Shown piece after piece: positions 62,301 through 64,000 of a stretch of 64,000 nucleotides of DNA (positions are counted from its first letter, which is position 1; every line of letters begins with the position of its first letter). Location of the stretch: positions 3,348,001 to 3,412,000 of the forward strand of contig JAYWIR010000020.1 in NCBI GenBank assembly GCA_036172245.1, written 5' to 3'. The DNA comes from Raillietiella orientalis (taxonomy: Eukaryota). The notes beneath the pieces were generated by a model that saw only the letters and a list, made by a program, of their open reading frames with translations, did no database searches and had not been told where the DNA came from. The position numbers were made by a program, and so were the translations under genes.

Positions 62301-64000
62301 AGAATTCATCCCCAGACTGGTCGGAAGCTCCGCAGGAGGATTCGGCAGGGGCGCCCTCGAAAGGCTTCCAGCGCCGCCGAGTCGTCTCGTCTTCTCCCGC
62401 CTGGCGCCGGAGCCTTCGAGCCTGCAGCAACAGCACTCGCTCTTCGACGCCGAACTCTCCGAAAAAGAAGAGGGCGGCACCGCTCTTAACGATGGCAACG
62501 GAGGTGCTCCGCGTGCCGCGTGCGTTGGACTTTTCCTCCAGGAAAGCGCCACCGCCGCGATCGTTTTCTACTTCCTGTTGGGCCGTTTCCGGGCGCCGCG
62601 GGGAAGGGGTCAAGCTACTCGGATGGCGCGGACACGTCTCCTGCCTGCCCGCTCCCTATCCGACGGACGGCATCGTTCGTTCGGGGAAAGGGGGGGGGGG
62701 AGGAACTGCGATGGAATAAAGCTCCCGCCTGGCCCGGTTCACTTCGCTGCGACTGGGAAGGGTGGCGTCGCCGTAGAAGCGGCTCCCCGAGCACAGCGCA
62801 AATGGAAGGCTGCAGAACTCTGTTTATTTGCTTGTTTATTTTCTTCTGATGGCACTGCGCCATCTCCACACGCGCCTCGGACGCGATCCTTGAGAACGGA
62901 CGTCTGGCTGGCCTCGCAACTCGAGCGCTCAGTCAGCGCCGTCTCTGAGGTCGCGGGCGGCATAGACACCTCCTTAGCAATGGCAGCAGTTTTCGAGGAA
63001 ACGCTCGAAGGCAATCCATCCTCTTTGCTGTTTCTCCAGACAAAAAGGCATGGAGACGAAAGAGATTCTGCGTGGAGGAAGCAGCAGCGCTCGGAGACTG
63101 TCCACATCCATGGCAACGGTGGAAGCGGCAACAATGGCAGCGCGACGACGATGATAGGAACGGCAACAATAGGAGTAACAAAAATGACTGCAAGTAGAAC
63201 CATAGCAACCGGATTGGTACAGCGACAACTGAGCCGACAAACGGTGACGTATGGTGACAACGTCATTGGTGGTGCCGTTGCACCCGTGGTCTGCTGGAAC
63301 GGACGCAGGCAGCAGTCGCACCTTCCAGGAAGAGAAAATCCCGAGGGACTGCAGGTGGCGGGGAACTGTCTCGCGTCGCCCGCATCCTCGGCATCCTGGT
63401 TGCCGGTTCGGGATCCCGAGCTGCGAGCGGGAAGCTGAAGACAGTCCTGGGGTGTAGTATCCGTCGTCAGCGCTCGGGCCCATTCTCACAACCCCGTAAG
63501 GAATCCCTCGCGCCGGTCGATCAGGGGCACGGGGGTGTCGCGCGGAGTCCTCCGGTACCTTTCCGCGGACGTTGGCGAGATTCCTGGAAATGCTCTCTCG
63601 AAAATGCGGCTAGAAGTCCTCGGTTGCTGGAGCCTGATGGACGCTGGCAAAGCGTTCTCCGAGCCCAGGGATTCCCAGAGGACTCTTCTCTCTCGGTGAC
63701 CGGTCTGCTTTTGTTTTTTTTTGTTTTTGTTTTCTTCTCTCTCTCTCTCTCTTCCCTTCTTGCTCCTCCTCCTTCCCGGAGGGATGCTTCCACATCCCTT
63801 CGGGAAGTGGAAGCCGGAACTGCGCCCCGAAAAATTCTCTTTTAGGAAGGCGTCCGGGAAGGTGCACTTCCCTCGGAACGGGAAGCGCCCATCCTTCCTT
63901 CCTTAGGGATTCGGCAGTCCCACTGCGGGGCATCCAGGACGATACTCCTTCCTGGGCCACGTCCGCAGCGGCTCTCTCGGGCAGCGTGGCCGCCAGGGTT

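Noticed and set aside
61210..63438. 742-aa ORF
   Set aside because: R/G/A/P-rich, crosses microsatellites and TE relics, and has no coherent domain. Expected by chance in GC-rich DNA.
1..64000. CRISPR array, tRNA/snRNA/rRNA target genes, or prokaryotic operon
   Set aside because: No regularly spaced repeats, cloverleaf or known RNA sequence was recognised by eye, and the architecture is eukaryotic. tRNAscan-SE/Infernal would be needed to exclude small RNAs formally.

Overview
Eukaryotic genomic DNA, probably from an invertebrate: GC/CpG-rich, with many homopolymers and microsatellites and with GT-AG introns. One host gene is well supported, a SERTA-domain gene of the SERTAD4 / Drosophila CG2865 type on the + strand. 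Its coding exons are 51481-51601 and 57145-57854 (276 aa), with a probable poly(A) signal at 58726. Much of 1.8-44 kb and 59-64 kb is made of decayed copies, in both orientations, of one L1/Tx1-like non-LTR retrotransposon family. These include ORF2 C-terminal (zf-RVT-like) remnants, one relic with APE and RT motifs, and more than a dozen ORF1-like (RRM plus CCHC knuckle) remnants. The most unusual feature is the family's organisation: ORF1-like sequence runs into the ORF2 C-terminus without APE/RT. At four loci the 3' region (T-rich tract, a hairpin in two copies, then an AATAAA-CGCCCCGGC...CGGGTG motif) has no poly(A) tail and appears to continue into another ORF1-like segment. This suggests a non-autonomous, concatemeric or terminally repeated Tx1 derivative. 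All TE homologies were judged by eye and relic boundaries are approximate. No tRNA, rRNA or CRISPR array was recognised.
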